From Candidatus Aenigmatarchaeota archaeon (GTDB lineage: Archaea > Aenigmatarchaeota > Aenigmatarchaeia > Aenigmatarchaeales > Aenigmatarchaeaceae), in the NCBI GenBank assembly GCA_043814985.1, contig JBDRJK010000021.1, forward strand, positions 32,001 through 96,000: a stretch of 64,000 nucleotides of DNA. The letters run 5' to 3'. Of the stretch, positions 35,013 to 44,741 are shown in pieces. Numbering within the stretch: position 1 is the stretch's first letter; each line of letters opens with the position of its first letter. The notes beneath the pieces are model-generated. The model saw nothing but the letters and a program-made list of their open reading frames with translations, was not told the DNA's origin and searched no databases. A program made the translations under genes and the position numbers.

Positions 35013-36315
35013 GAGCGCTTCCAATAATGTCCTCTAAATTCGGTCTTCCAATTTCCCTTAACTCGTACCTCACTCTAACAGAGGGCTTGTTGATGTTCAG
35101 AAGGTTCCTCAAATCAATAGGAGTTCCAATCAGAACAGTGTCGCAGTCAACCTTGTTGATGGTCTGCTCAAGCTCAACTCTTTGCCTCTTTGAATAGCCC
35201 ATTGCAGGCAGCACTGCGCCTAAATGAGGATAATCAACAAAGACATCCTTGATTGAGCCGACAGCCTGGCTTCTCGGATTAATTATGTATGCTCCCAGGT
35301 TCTTGGCAACAATGCTGGCAACTCCAAAGGCCAGGCCGCCGTGAGTCAAGGATGGTCCGTCCTCAACACAGAGAACTCTCCTCCTCTCTACAAGCTCTGG
35401 CCTGTCAACGAAAGGAGGCATGGCCCCCCTGATTATCTTGGCCCTCTTGTTGGCGTACTTGACGTTCTGGATAACAGTTTCTATGTCCAGAGGGTTGGCA
35501 GTGTCAATCTTGTTGACAATGACAACATCAGCCATCCTTAGGTTGGTCTCACCAGGATAGTACATCAGCTCGTGTCCGGGCCTTCTCGCGTCAGCAACAA
35601 CTATGTGAAGGTCAGGCTTGATGAAGGGCAAATCATTGTTCCCACCGTCCCATACAATAACATCAGCCTCCTTTTCAGCTTTCTTCAAAATCTTGGCATA
35701 GTCAACGCCTGCATAAAGTATATCGCCCTCTTCAATGTGCAGCTCGTACTCCTCCCTCTCCTCGATGGTCGAGTTGTAATTGTCCAAGTCGTCCCTTGAG
35801 GCAAACCTCTGGACAATCATGTTTTTTAGGTCGCCGTAAGGCATTGGATGCCTGATTATAACGAACTTTATGCCCTTGGACCTCAGTATCCTGCATATCC
35901 TTCTTGAGGTAGGAGACTTGCCAGAACCAGTCCTGACGCCGCACACAGAAATTACAAACTTGTTTGATTTGAGCATTGTGCTTTTCAGGCCCATGAGCTT
36001 GAAGTCAGCCCCATGCGACATCACTATGGACGCCTTTTCCATGACATCCATGTGCGTCAAATCCGAGTAAGCTAGAACAACCTCGTCAACCTTGTACTTT
36101 TCAATCAGTTTGGGTAGCATGCTCTCAGGAAATATGGGTATGCCCTTTGGATAGAGCCTGCCTGCTAGGATTTTTGGATAGAACTTGTTAACAATATACG
36201 GTATTTGAGCATGAGTAAAGGCCACAACCTTGTAGTTCTTGTTGTCCCTGTAATATATGTTGAAGTTGTGGTAGTCCCTGCCAGCTGCTCCCATTATTAT
36301 AACATTTTTTCTCAT
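34999..36315 (-). CDS. arcE: COG2403 P-loop protein (cDPG-synthetase-like), probable arginine synthetase ArcE
   Basis: GAAGRDYHNFN, RTGSGKS, RHPMPYG, WDGGNND, EDGP.LTHG and LPAMGY motifs. Confidence 0.75.
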   Translation of the reverse strand: MRKNVIIMGAAGRDYHNFNIYYRDNKNYKVVAFTHAQIPYIVNKFYPKILAGRLYPKGIPIFPESMLPKLIEKYKVDEVVLAYSDLTHMDVMEKASIVMSHGADFKLMGLKSTMLKSNKFVISVCGVRTGSGKSPTSRRICRILRSKGIKFVIIRHPMPYGDLKNMIVQRFASRDDLDNYNSTIEEREEYELHIEEGDILYAGVDYAKILKKAEKEADVIVWDGGNNDLPFIKPDLHIVVADARRPGHELMYYPGETNLRMADVVIVNKIDTANPLDIETVIQNVKYANKRAKIIRGAMPPFVDRPELVERRRVLCVEDGPSLTHGGLAFGVASIVAKNLGAYIINPRSQAVGSIKDVFVDYPHLGAVLPAMGYSKRQRVELEQTINKVDCDTVLIGTPIDLRNLLNINKPSVRVRYELREIGRPNLEDIIGSALRKK

Positions 36316-36368
36316 AAGACTCTAGATAAATTTATAAGATATTCTTATTAAAGCTTTATTAGAACAAG

Positions 36369-37061
36369 ATGTTATCTGACAAACAATTGATTGATTTAAT
36401 GGTCTCGGAGCCCAGCTGGGAAGACGTTATTGTCAAAATCATTGCGGAAGAGGGCATGGACCCTTGGTCTGTTGACATAATAAGGCTTTCCGATGTTTTT
36501 CTCGACTACCTTAAAAAAGTAGAGGGGCTTGACTTGAGAATACCAGCAAGGTTCATTCTGATAGCGTCAATACTGTTAAGGATGAAATCGGACGTTTTGG
36601 CTGAGAAGAAGGATAAGGTCCTTATTCCAGAGTCGGAGAAGGAGCCTGATGACATGCTAAGGATTCTGGCAGAAGTCCCGCCTTTGAACCCTCCCTTAAA
36701 GAGGATTCCATTAAGGAACGTTTCCTTGGACGAACTGATATCAGCCCTAAGAAAGGCTTACGATGTCCAGGACAGGAGGGTTGAGAGAAAGAGAAGGGTC
36801 AAGAGGGCTGTTGACTTTGCCATGCCAGTAACAGAAGAAGACATAACACTGAGAATAGAAAAGCTACTGACAAACATCAATCAGGCTTTGGTTGAAGTGG
36901 ACAACATAGAGTTTTCAAGGCTGGTCAAGAGGTGGGGAAGGAAGGAGATTGTCGAGACATTGATACCCTTGCTGCACTTGTCGCAGGACGGAAAAATCAA
37001 TTTGTTGCAGAACGAGATGTTCAAAGAGATCACAGTGAGGATGAAAAAAGATCAGACTTAA
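36369..37061 (+). CDS. scpA: Kleisin, segregation/condensation protein A
   Basis: DPWSVDI and ASILLRMKS motifs; C-terminal LLHL. Confidence 0.9.
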   Translation: MLSDKQLIDLMVSEPSWEDVIVKIIAEEGMDPWSVDIIRLSDVFLDYLKKVEGLDLRIPARFILIASILLRMKSDVLAEKKDKVLIPESEKEPDDMLRILAEVPPLNPPLKRIPLRNVSLDELISALRKAYDVQDRRVERKRRVKRAVDFAMPVTEEDITLRIEKLLTNINQALVEVDNIEFSRLVKRWGRKEIVETLIPLLHLSQDGKINLLQNEMFKEITVRMKKDQT

Positions 37062-37140
37062 ATATTTTTCTTATTATAACATCATCCCAAAGGCACTAAA
37101 AGCATATTTTAATTCTCCGGTAATACTAATTAGGGGTTAA

Positions 37141-37698
37141 ATGAATGAGCAAAAGCTAAAGTCAGTTGTTGAGGCAGCCTTGTACATGGCGAACGAGCCT
37201 ATCTCAGTAAAAGAAATGGCAAAGATGTTCAATGTGGAGCCCGACAGTGTAAAGGTTGTCATAGACGAATTCAAGAAGGAACTGGAAAGTTCTGAACACG
37301 GTATCTATATTCTAGAAACACCAAGAGGCTACCAGATAAGGGTCAAACCAAAGCTTGATCCGTTGGTCAGAAAATTAACCCCGTACAAGGATCTGAGTAG
37401 AGGCCTGTTAAGAGTATTAGCTCTAGTCGCATACAAGCAGCCGATAACTCAATCTGAAATTGTGAAAGTGATTGGCAACAGGACTTACGAGTATGTCAAG
37501 GCGTTGAAGGAAAGGGGACTTGTTAACACTGTCAAGCAGGGCAGGACAAAGGCCTTGGTTCCCACAAAGGAGTTCGCCAACTACTTCGGCTTGGAAAAGC
37601 CTGAGGACATAAAAAAGTTCTTTGAGGAGTACAAGGAAGAGACAGTTAAGGAAACTGATGAGAGCGACGTGAAAAGTTCTGAGGAAATGGGCGCATAA
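37141..37698 (+). CDS. scpB: Segregation/condensation protein B (KITE)
   Basis: VEAALY, LALVAYKQPITQ and T.EF..YFGL motifs. Confidence 0.93.
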   Translation: MNEQKLKSVVEAALYMANEPISVKEMAKMFNVEPDSVKVVIDEFKKELESSEHGIYILETPRGYQIRVKPKLDPLVRKLTPYKDLSRGLLRVLALVAYKQPITQSEIVKVIGNRTYEYVKALKERGLVNTVKQGRTKALVPTKEFANYFGLEKPEDIKKFFEEYKEETVKETDESDVKSSEEMGA

Positions 37699-37770
37699 TA
37701 ATTATTATTTTGCTAGGCTCAGACCTAACAATTCTAAAGATTTTATAAAGCTGATCAATTAACTAGGATT

Positions 37771-38244
37771 ATGGAAATAGACAGGAAGACATTAAAGGCT
37801 CTGGCAGCAGACACCAGGTTGGACATTCTCAAAAGTCTAGGCAAAAGAAGGAAGACTCCCTCCGAATTATCCAAGGAATTGCATTTAGCCACATCAACTG
37901 TTACTGAACACTTGGAAAAACTAGAGAAGGCTGATTTGATAAAAAGAGAAGAGACAGGACACAAGTGGATATATTATTCCCTTTCAAGAAATGGAGAGAA
38001 TCTAGTAAAGCCGAAATATCCCGTCCAGTTCGTCTTTATGTTGAGCATAACCATCATAGTCATTATCTCGGCTAGCATTCTAATGTACGGCAACTATTCA
38101 AGCATGCAGGCATCTGATAGCGGGGAAGCGCTTTCAGCACCAATGTCCCAGAGAGCAGTAACAGAAGAAACAGCCAAAATAGGAATCAGCAACATGACGA
38201 ACGAGACCAATATAACTAATACAACAAATTCTACTTTCCCTTAG
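37771..38244 (+). CDS. ArsR-type winged-helix regulator with a TM anchor and extracellular tail
   Basis: LKALAADTRLDIL...HLEKL; one TM helix; tail with several N-x-S/T sequons. Confidence 0.8.
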   Translation: MEIDRKTLKALAADTRLDILKSLGKRRKTPSELSKELHLATSTVTEHLEKLEKADLIKREETGHKWIYYSLSRNGENLVKPKYPVQFVFMLSITIIVIISASILMYGNYSSMQASDSGEALSAPMSQRAVTEETAKIGISNMTNETNITNTTNSTFP

Positions 38245-38906
38245 ATTATGTCTCTTTCCTGCAACCTTGCATATACCTCTTTGTGTATCTCTTCAGGTGA
38301 GATGAAATTTCCATTTTTGCAGCATTCAATTACTATCCAGCCTTCTATGTCTGCTATATCAAGATATGTTCTTCTCACAATCTCCTGATAGCTCATGTCT
38401 TCCTCATGTATGTCCTTCTCTCCTCCTATCATCTCATTTTTCTTTTCCCTTTTGGAGAACAGTTTCCTCGAGACTTTTGGGGGGACGTCGAGTATTATGA
38501 TGGCATCAGGTTGAGGCATCCTTTTGTCAATGTCCTTTATCCACTCCCATATCTCAAACCTTCTAGCACCTTCTAGTTTGGCTGCTTGGAATATATTGGA
38601 GGCAGTGAACCTGTCAGAAATTATGTTTACCCCAGCGTCCAGCTTGTCCTTTATTTCATTCTGGAACTGGTACCTGTCCATGGAATAAAACAGAGAGCAT
38701 ATCTCCGGGGTCATCTCTTCCTTGGAGCCAAAGTCACCTTTCAGGTACTTGGCAACAAACACACCCAAAGGAGTCTTCTGGTAGGTAGGGAAGTGTAGCA
38801 CCTCGACCTTTTCACCATTGCTCCTTAATTTTTCAGCAAGAAGATTGGTCTGAGTTTTCTTTCCAGAGGAGTCTATTCCCTCAAAAATTATGAATTTCCC
38901 TTTCAT
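38241..38906 (-). CDS. tmk: Thymidylate kinase
   Basis: FEGIDSSGKKTQ and SDRF motifs. Confidence 0.93.
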   Translation of the reverse strand: MKGKFIIFEGIDSSGKKTQTNLLAEKLRSNGEKVEVLHFPTYQKTPLGVFVAKYLKGDFGSKEEMTPEICSLFYSMDRYQFQNEIKDKLDAGVNIISDRFTASNIFQAAKLEGARRFEIWEWIKDIDKRMPQPDAIIILDVPPKVSRKLFSKREKKNEMIGGEKDIHEEDMSYQEIVRRTYLDIADIEGWIVIECCKNGNFISPEEIHKEVYARLQERDII

Positions 38907-38907
38907 A

Positions 38908-40155
38908 TCAAACATCAAAGCAGTATTTTATCTTTTGGAATTGTTTTCTGAATTCAATAACTTCTTCCTTTATTTTTTTAGGATCCTTTTTATCAATGAG
39001 AGCGTTCCTGAAGAATGTCGCAATTGCTTTCATTTCCCTCTCCCTCATACCGAATCTTGTCAGCTCCTGAACACCCAATCTTATTCCTGAAGGGTTCCTA
39101 GTTGCATCGTCTGAAGAATCTCCTGGCAAGGCGCTCTTGCTGGTTATTATGTTGCATTCCTCTAGAATGTTGGCAACAGTCTTCCCTCCGCCAAACTTCT
39201 TGACATTTACCATGGCTTGATGAGATTCAGTGAAGCCTAGTTGAGGGCATAGCACATCGAAACCTTCCCTAGTCAGGGCATCAGCGAGGTACTTTGCATT
39301 TCTTATGACCTGCGTTGAGTACTCCTCCCCGAACTTGTTCATTTCCAGAGCAGTCACGGCCAGAGCAGGGAACCTGTGGATATGGCTGTTTGAAACGACC
39401 TTCGGGAACAGTGCAGTTTCTATTTTCTTCCACTCCTTTTCATCCATATTGTTATTGCCTATTACAATGCCGCCTTGCGGTCCTTGGAATGTTTTATGCG
39501 TTGACGATGTTATTATGTCAGCCCCTTCTTCAAAGGGCTTCTGGAACTTTTTATTATAAACCAAACCGAATACATGCGCAGAGTCATAGACAATCTTTAT
39601 GTTCGGGTCTATTGACTCCTTTATCTCCCTTATTGGCTGTGGAAACAAAAATACTGAGGCGCCGAACATCACTATTTTTGGATTGACCTTCTTGATTATG
39701 TCAATTGTCCTTTCAACATTAATATTCATTTTATCCTTGTCAAAGAACATGTCAACATTCTTCATTCCCCTTACACCAGCCATCCCATATCTAGTATGAC
39801 TTACATGAGCACCGTTCGGTATTCCAGTACCGACTAGTATGTCTCCCATTTTCGCTAGTGCCGCAAAGACGCTCAGGTTTGCTATTCCTCCTGAAAGTGG
39901 CCTTGCGTCAGCAAATCTTGTGTTGAAATTCTTCCTGAATATGCTGTTGCACAAGTCCTCTATCTCATAAGAATACTTGGTGCCATTGTAGTGGCAGTCC
40001 CCTGATGTGTGCTCGTTGTATCTTCCACTGAAGTCGGAAGTGTACAGTTTTTCTGCCAGGGGAGACATGACACTCTCAGAAGCAATCATGTTTATGCATT
40101 CCTGCCTTCTCCATTTGTGATGTGTATTGACAATTTTAATTATCTCATCCAACAT
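38908..40155 (-). CDS. glyA: Serine hydroxymethyltransferase
   Basis: IASE, GAHVSH, YDSAH, STHKTFQGPQGG and SGIRLG motifs. Confidence 0.95.
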   Translation of the reverse strand: MLDEIIKIVNTHHKWRRQECINMIASESVMSPLAEKLYTSDFSGRYNEHTSGDCHYNGTKYSYEIEDLCNSIFRKNFNTRFADARPLSGGIANLSVFAALAKMGDILVGTGIPNGAHVSHTRYGMAGVRGMKNVDMFFDKDKMNINVERTIDIIKKVNPKIVMFGASVFLFPQPIREIKESIDPNIKIVYDSAHVFGLVYNKKFQKPFEEGADIITSSTHKTFQGPQGGIVIGNNNMDEKEWKKIETALFPKVVSNSHIHRFPALAVTALEMNKFGEEYSTQVIRNAKYLADALTREGFDVLCPQLGFTESHQAMVNVKKFGGGKTVANILEECNIITSKSALPGDSSDDATRNPSGIRLGVQELTRFGMREREMKAIATFFRNALIDKKDPKKIKEEVIEFRKQFQKIKYCFDV

Positions 40156-40311
40156 TCAACCACTTCTCATGATCATAAAGCCTACTATTGTGAATATTAT
40201 TGCTGTAATTATTAATATGGCACCCAGACCAAAATTGTTAGGATTTCCCATTAATAGTTGTATTCCAACGTAAGCCATAATTACGTCTCTTATCAAACCC
40301 TTTATTCCCAT
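40156..40311 (-). CDS. 51-aa two-TM membrane protein (absent from the ORF track)
   Basis: MGIKGLIRDVIMAYVGIQLL...; fills the thyX-glyA gap, with its stop abutting the glyA ATG. Confidence 0.6.
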   Translation of the reverse strand: MGIKGLIRDVIMAYVGIQLLMGNPNNFGLGAILIITAIIFTIVGFMIMRSG

Positions 40312-40315
40312 TGAA

Positions 40316-41014
40316 TCACAATGCTAAAAACTTCTTCTTGATTTCTACTATGTTGCAGGTTTCCGGTTTCAGTTCCCTTTCAGGGCAATATCCCAAAGCA
40401 ACACATGAAGGTCCTGCATTTTCAAATATTATAGGAGAAACTTTTTTGGCTTTTTTCAGCATTTCTTTAGCAACATTTCTTAATTCCCACTGACATCTTG
40501 CACAACATCTTAGCTTGAAAAAATGTAGTAGTTCTCTAGCATTCATTGTTACAACAATGTTTGTTTTGCATGCATTAGGTAAATAGAACCTAGCATCTTC
40601 ACTAGGTAATCCTTTTTCTAATGCCTCTTGATACCATCCAGCAATTATTTTCATCCTTTTTTTAAATTCCTCCATTTTTTTGTCTTTATATTTTGGAGGA
40701 ATAACATACCATTCGTCATTGTCAGTTGTTATCTTGACATATCTTTGGCTTTGCTGTGTGAAAGAAGCTATCCTATGCCTTACCAATTGATGCGTTAAAG
40801 CTCTAGAAACACCTTCAAGAGAGAAAGTAAAAGATGCATGCTCAATAACTGATACATGTCCATAAGACATTACTCTTTTGAGAATTTTTCTAGCTTTTCC
40901 AGGAGTCATTTTTTCTTTTCTTAAAGATGCTCCTTCCTCTTTGAAGGATGTAGCAGCTGATAAAGCAGACAATATCTCTGGTTCAGGCGTATAACCAAGA
41001 AGTTCGACCTTCAT
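40316..41014 (-). CDS. thyX: Flavin-dependent thymidylate synthase
   Basis: GHVSVIEH and RHRIASFTQQSQR (ThyX motif). Confidence 0.96.
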   Translation of the reverse strand: MKVELLGYTPEPEILSALSAATSFKEEGASLRKEKMTPGKARKILKRVMSYGHVSVIEHASFTFSLEGVSRALTHQLVRHRIASFTQQSQRYVKITTDNDEWYVIPPKYKDKKMEEFKKRMKIIAGWYQEALEKGLPSEDARFYLPNACKTNIVVTMNARELLHFFKLRCCARCQWELRNVAKEMLKKAKKVSPIIFENAGPSCVALGYCPERELKPETCNIVEIKKKFLAL

Positions 41015-41051
41015 GTATTCTTATTTCAGTCTGAAATATTTAAAGATTTGA

Positions 41052-42953
41052 TTACTTCTTGCGCATGCCCAAGAAAAGCAATAGCAAAAACATGCCTAGG
41101 ATGAACATTGATGCATATCCAGTTGGTGAGTTCACAAAGGTGAACAAACCTGTTAATGGGCTCTCTTCAACACACTCTTGCTCTAATTCAGGCATCTCTT
41201 CAACTGTGCCGCAGTCGTTTATGTCAACACATGTCCTTGTCTGTGTTGCGTCAACACATTCAGACCAGTCTACACACACCCATTCCTCAACACATTCTGG
41301 CTCTGTTACAACACCACCAGTTGTCTGCTCGCATGCTTTGGAAGGATTACAGAAGTATCCCTCTCCACAATCAGCATCTGCACAACAGCTGCCGTCAAAA
41401 GAATCTTCCCCGCAGCAAACCTGATTCTCTTTCAAACAATCCTCAGGGCACTTTGAGCAGTCTTCTACGGATTCACACTTATCATCACCACAATAGATGT
41501 TTGGTCCTGTTCCACCACCTATGAAAACTCCACCACCTAGTGAAGGTGTAGAAGGAACGCATGCAGCGTTACCTGAACAAGAATCGTCATCACAATCAAC
41601 TAGATCATCACAATCATTATCTATTGAATCTGTGCAGACTTCTGTTGCACCTGGATTCACTTCAGAATTGGAATCATCACAGTCGTCGTCACCATAAGTA
41701 TCTCCATCATCATCATCTTCACCGTTACATAAGCCGAGTGTGCATATGTCATTCACGGTGCTTGAATTGCCATCATCACATACAGTATTGTTCTCTGCAT
41801 TGATGTATGTGCAAAAACCATCCACACACTGGTCAATTGTACAAGCATTCTCATCATTGCAGTCCTCGTCGATTGAACATTCACAATCTTCGTCAACATT
41901 ACCGTCGCAATCATTATCTATTTCATCGCAACATACTTCCTCAGCCCCAGGGTTTATTGCTGGGTCTGTGTCGTCACAGTCGTCATCGCCATAACCGTCA
42001 TCGTCATCATCGTCCTCGCCTATGCAAGAACCTGAATAACATGCGTCATTCACATTGTTTGGATTTCCATCATCACACTCTGTTCCGTCCTCAAGGCATG
42101 TGTTTTCACAGTACCCTAAAACACACTGATCCAAAGTGCATACATTAGAATCGTCACACTCTCCATCAGAGAAGCACTCATAGCAGTCATCATCATCACT
42201 GTCTATTAGGTCATCATTGTCGTTGTCATGACCGTCAAAGCAGTCTGTCTCGGATTCGGGCCAAGAATCGCCCCAAGTGTATCCATCATCATAATAACAG
42301 TAGTAATAATCACCGCCGCATTCCTGGGATTCATACTCCATCTCAATATCACATGTCCAATCAGATCCATCTGCACCTTCCATGATTACACATTCTCCTA
42401 AATTACAACCATAGCTTGCCACAGTTTCCTCTATTGTATCAGTTCCAACACCAGAGCATGTGACCTCATCTGGTATCTCACTACAATCCTCATTATCAAA
42501 GGAACAGCCTGTTTCAGAACAGGAACCATCATAGTATCTTACAGAACCATCACAATAAGACTCTACAGAACAACTATCAACATAGTCACATGTGTCTTCA
42601 GCATCACAACCAAAGTAACATGTTGACTCTTTCTGACTATAATCTGTATCTTGGTCACAAACAGCGCCACAAACCCTTACAACAGAATCTGTTTCAGGGA
42701 AGCCATCTGTGCCATCTGCATCAGCGCAGACCGTGTATTGGAATTTGCAGTAATTTGATCCCTCAAAATAACAATCACTATCACACCTCTTATCTCCGTA
42801 GAACCAAAGGCTGCCATCACAGCTGTCAAAACATTGTGAATCATTTTCACAAGCTATATCGCTACAGAAGTTAACATGGCACGCATAGCCAATTATTGGT
42901 GACAATGATAGTAATGACAAAACCAAAGTCACAATCAAAATGTTCTTGTTCAT
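41052..42953 (-). CDS. Cys/Asp-rich cell-surface protein with signal peptide, repeats and C-terminal TM anchor
   Basis: DCDD..NPGA.EVC.D.IDNDCD and CDD.N.CT.DQC repeats; TM helix followed by RKK at the C-terminus. Confidence 0.85.
   Translation of the reverse strand: MNKNILIVTLVLSLLSLSPIIGYACHVNFCSDIACENDSQCFDSCDGSLWFYGDKRCDSDCYFEGSNYCKFQYTVCADADGTDGFPETDSVVRVCGAVCDQDTDYSQKESTCYFGCDAEDTCDYVDSCSVESYCDGSVRYYDGSCSETGCSFDNEDCSEIPDEVTCSGVGTDTIEETVASYGCNLGECVIMEGADGSDWTCDIEMEYESQECGGDYYYCYYDDGYTWGDSWPESETDCFDGHDNDNDDLIDSDDDDCYECFSDGECDDSNVCTLDQCVLGYCENTCLEDGTECDDGNPNNVNDACYSGSCIGEDDDDDDGYGDDDCDDTDPAINPGAEEVCCDEIDNDCDGNVDEDCECSIDEDCNDENACTIDQCVDGFCTYINAENNTVCDDGNSSTVNDICTLGLCNGEDDDDGDTYGDDDCDDSNSEVNPGATEVCTDSIDNDCDDLVDCDDDSCSGNAACVPSTPSLGGGVFIGGGTGPNIYCGDDKCESVEDCSKCPEDCLKENQVCCGEDSFDGSCCADADCGEGYFCNPSKACEQTTGGVVTEPECVEEWVCVDWSECVDATQTRTCVDINDCGTVEEMPELEQECVEESPLTGLFTFVNSPTGYASMFILGMFLLLLFLGMRKK
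41586..42179 (-). repeat. Two tandem 99-aa (297-bp) intragenic repeat units
   Basis: Units begin ECFSDGECDD (42179) and ECSIDEDCND (41882) with conserved Cys spacing. Confidence 0.8.
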
Positions 42954-43048
42954 TTCATCACTCTGTAGTAAATATAACTGATAGAAAACTATTTAAAGCT
43001 ATCATTTATTCACTACCTAGAAATGATAATAAGTTATTAATAAAAGAG

Positions 43049-43122
43049 TGGGCCCGCCCAGATTTGAACTGGGGTCACCGACTCCCGAAGCCGAGATACT
43101 AACCAAACTATACTACGGGCCC
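43049..43122 (-). tRNA. tRNA-Pro (CGG)
   Basis: GGGCCCG acceptor stem, TT-CGG-GA anticodon loop, TTCAAAT T-loop; CCA not encoded. Confidence 0.9.
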
Positions 43123-43167
43123 TAAGAAATATTAAATGAGTATTTAGTTAATAAATTAGAAGCATAC

Positions 43168-43446
43168 CTAATATGTTTTATTATAACTTGTCTTTTGTGG
43201 GTCCTTTTTCTTTTTATATTCTCTTAAAACCTCTTCCCATTGAGTTTTAAACTCTTCTAATTCGGGTAGAGAATAACCTTCACTATTTAGGCCCTGATAA
43301 AGTTTTTCCACTCCCCTTATTTTGATTTTTGAAAGAGGAACATGGCCAATATGCCCACCAACAGTACCCTCTGTAAACCACACCCTTTCTTCATTATCTA
43401 TTATAACTCCCATTTCTCCTATTTTAGTAGTAGCTTTAAAACTCAT
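43168..43446 (-). CDS. Orphan hypothetical protein
   Basis: 92-aa ORF with GAGGGT RBS. Confidence 0.55.
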   Translation of the reverse strand: MSFKATTKIGEMGVIIDNEERVWFTEGTVGGHIGHVPLSKIKIRGVEKLYQGLNSEGYSLPELEEFKTQWEEVLREYKKKKDPQKTSYNKTY

Positions 43447-43499
43447 TTTATTACCCTCTTTATTAACAATTAAATTGCAAAAAGATTTAAGATAGTGTT

Positions 43500-44297
43500 T
43501 TAGATGCCGACTTCAATAAAGGCTCCTAGCAGGACAGCCAAGACAGCCAAGCCCATTAAGATTATAGAATCCCTGAAAACAAGGGAAAACTCCTTGCTGA
43601 ACAGCTTCTCCCTTATTAATCCAACGGATATCATGCCCCCTGCTATGCCAGCTAGGAAATAAGCTAGTATCTCAATAGGAGCGTGTGGAATCAGGCCAAC
43701 AGTTCTTACAACAAACTCCTCCACTAATCCTTGTCTCAAAAAAGAGGCCAAGTACAAAGCAAGAATCGAAGCGTTCCAAGCCAGTATGATTACTGCACCG
43801 CTTCCTATCAGGAATGACAGCACAAAGGACAGCGCCATTACCCTGAGGTTGTTCATAATTATGATGTTCAGTATGTCTGAAACAGTGAATGATCCTGATA
43901 TTGAGGTCACCCTTTCTATCTCTGACAGCTGGTCACTAAAAATCCGGGTGACATACTCCTCTGGTGATAAAACAGCAATCAGGAATATTGCCACGCATAC
44001 CCCCAGAAAGAAGAGTGTGAATGACCATATTGCCTCATCATGCCTGTCCCAAAATGTCTTATGTATTTTGTGCTCTGCCTCTTCCCTTTCCACCTCCTCC
44101 TCTTCCTTGAATATGCCGTATATCATGGGAGTCATTGCCACTGTTATGAATAGGGTCACTATCTTCCCTGTTGAGGTTCCTGGGAATATCAAATCAGCAA
44201 GATAGATAGAAGCGAAAGTGATTATCATTGAGAAGATGAACATCTCTGCGGGGTTTTTTATTACCTTCTTGACAGGAAACAACGACTCTAAAACCAT
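43500..44297 (-). CDS. SpoIIM/DUF95-like membrane protein
   Basis: NNLRV, WNAS, PHAPIE and AFIEV motifs. Confidence 0.85.
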   Translation of the reverse strand: MVLESLFPVKKVIKNPAEMFIFSMIITFASIYLADLIFPGTSTGKIVTLFITVAMTPMIYGIFKEEEEVEREEAEHKIHKTFWDRHDEAIWSFTLFFLGVCVAIFLIAVLSPEEYVTRIFSDQLSEIERVTSISGSFTVSDILNIIIMNNLRVMALSFVLSFLIGSGAVIILAWNASILALYLASFLRQGLVEEFVVRTVGLIPHAPIEILAYFLAGIAGGMISVGLIREKLFSKEFSLVFRDSIILMGLAVLAVLLGAFIEVGI

Positions 44298-44330
44298 ATG
44301 TATAATAATTAAGGCGTTTATATAAATTTT

Positions 44331-44741
44331 TCAAACTAGAAGTAACATTGCAATTAATGCTAAAACGATCCCTACAATTCTCCTCCAGTTTATCTTTTCT
44401 TTGAAAATAATCACTGAAAAAGTGACAATTAAGGCTAGGTTAAGACTGAAAAGAGGGAATATCACAACTCCTGGCCCTGTTGACAAAGCTGTCATGATGG
44501 AAAAGACTGTGATGAAGTTGACCATTCCTATAATTATCCCTATTTTGATTGAGAATTTCTTGGTTTCTTTTTTTACCTTTCTATTCGGTAGGTATCTAGC
44601 AAAGGCAAAGCTTGAACCTATGCTATAGGCAATCAAGATGAACAATAGTCTGTCCATTGTTGTGGCTCCTACTTTACTGAAAAATGAGGCAATTACTATA
44701 GCCACAAATGCAATCAACAGATATCTATGCTCTTTTTTCAT
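44331..44741 (-). CDS. EamA/DMT half-transporter (C-half of a split gene?)
   Basis: 5 TM helices, IFKEK motif. Confidence 0.7.
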   Translation of the reverse strand: MKKEHRYLLIAFVAIVIASFFSKVGATTMDRLLFILIAYSIGSSFAFARYLPNRKVKKETKKFSIKIGIIIGMVNFITVFSIMTALSTGPGVVIFPLFSLNLALIVTFSVIIFKEKINWRRIVGIVLALIAMLLLV

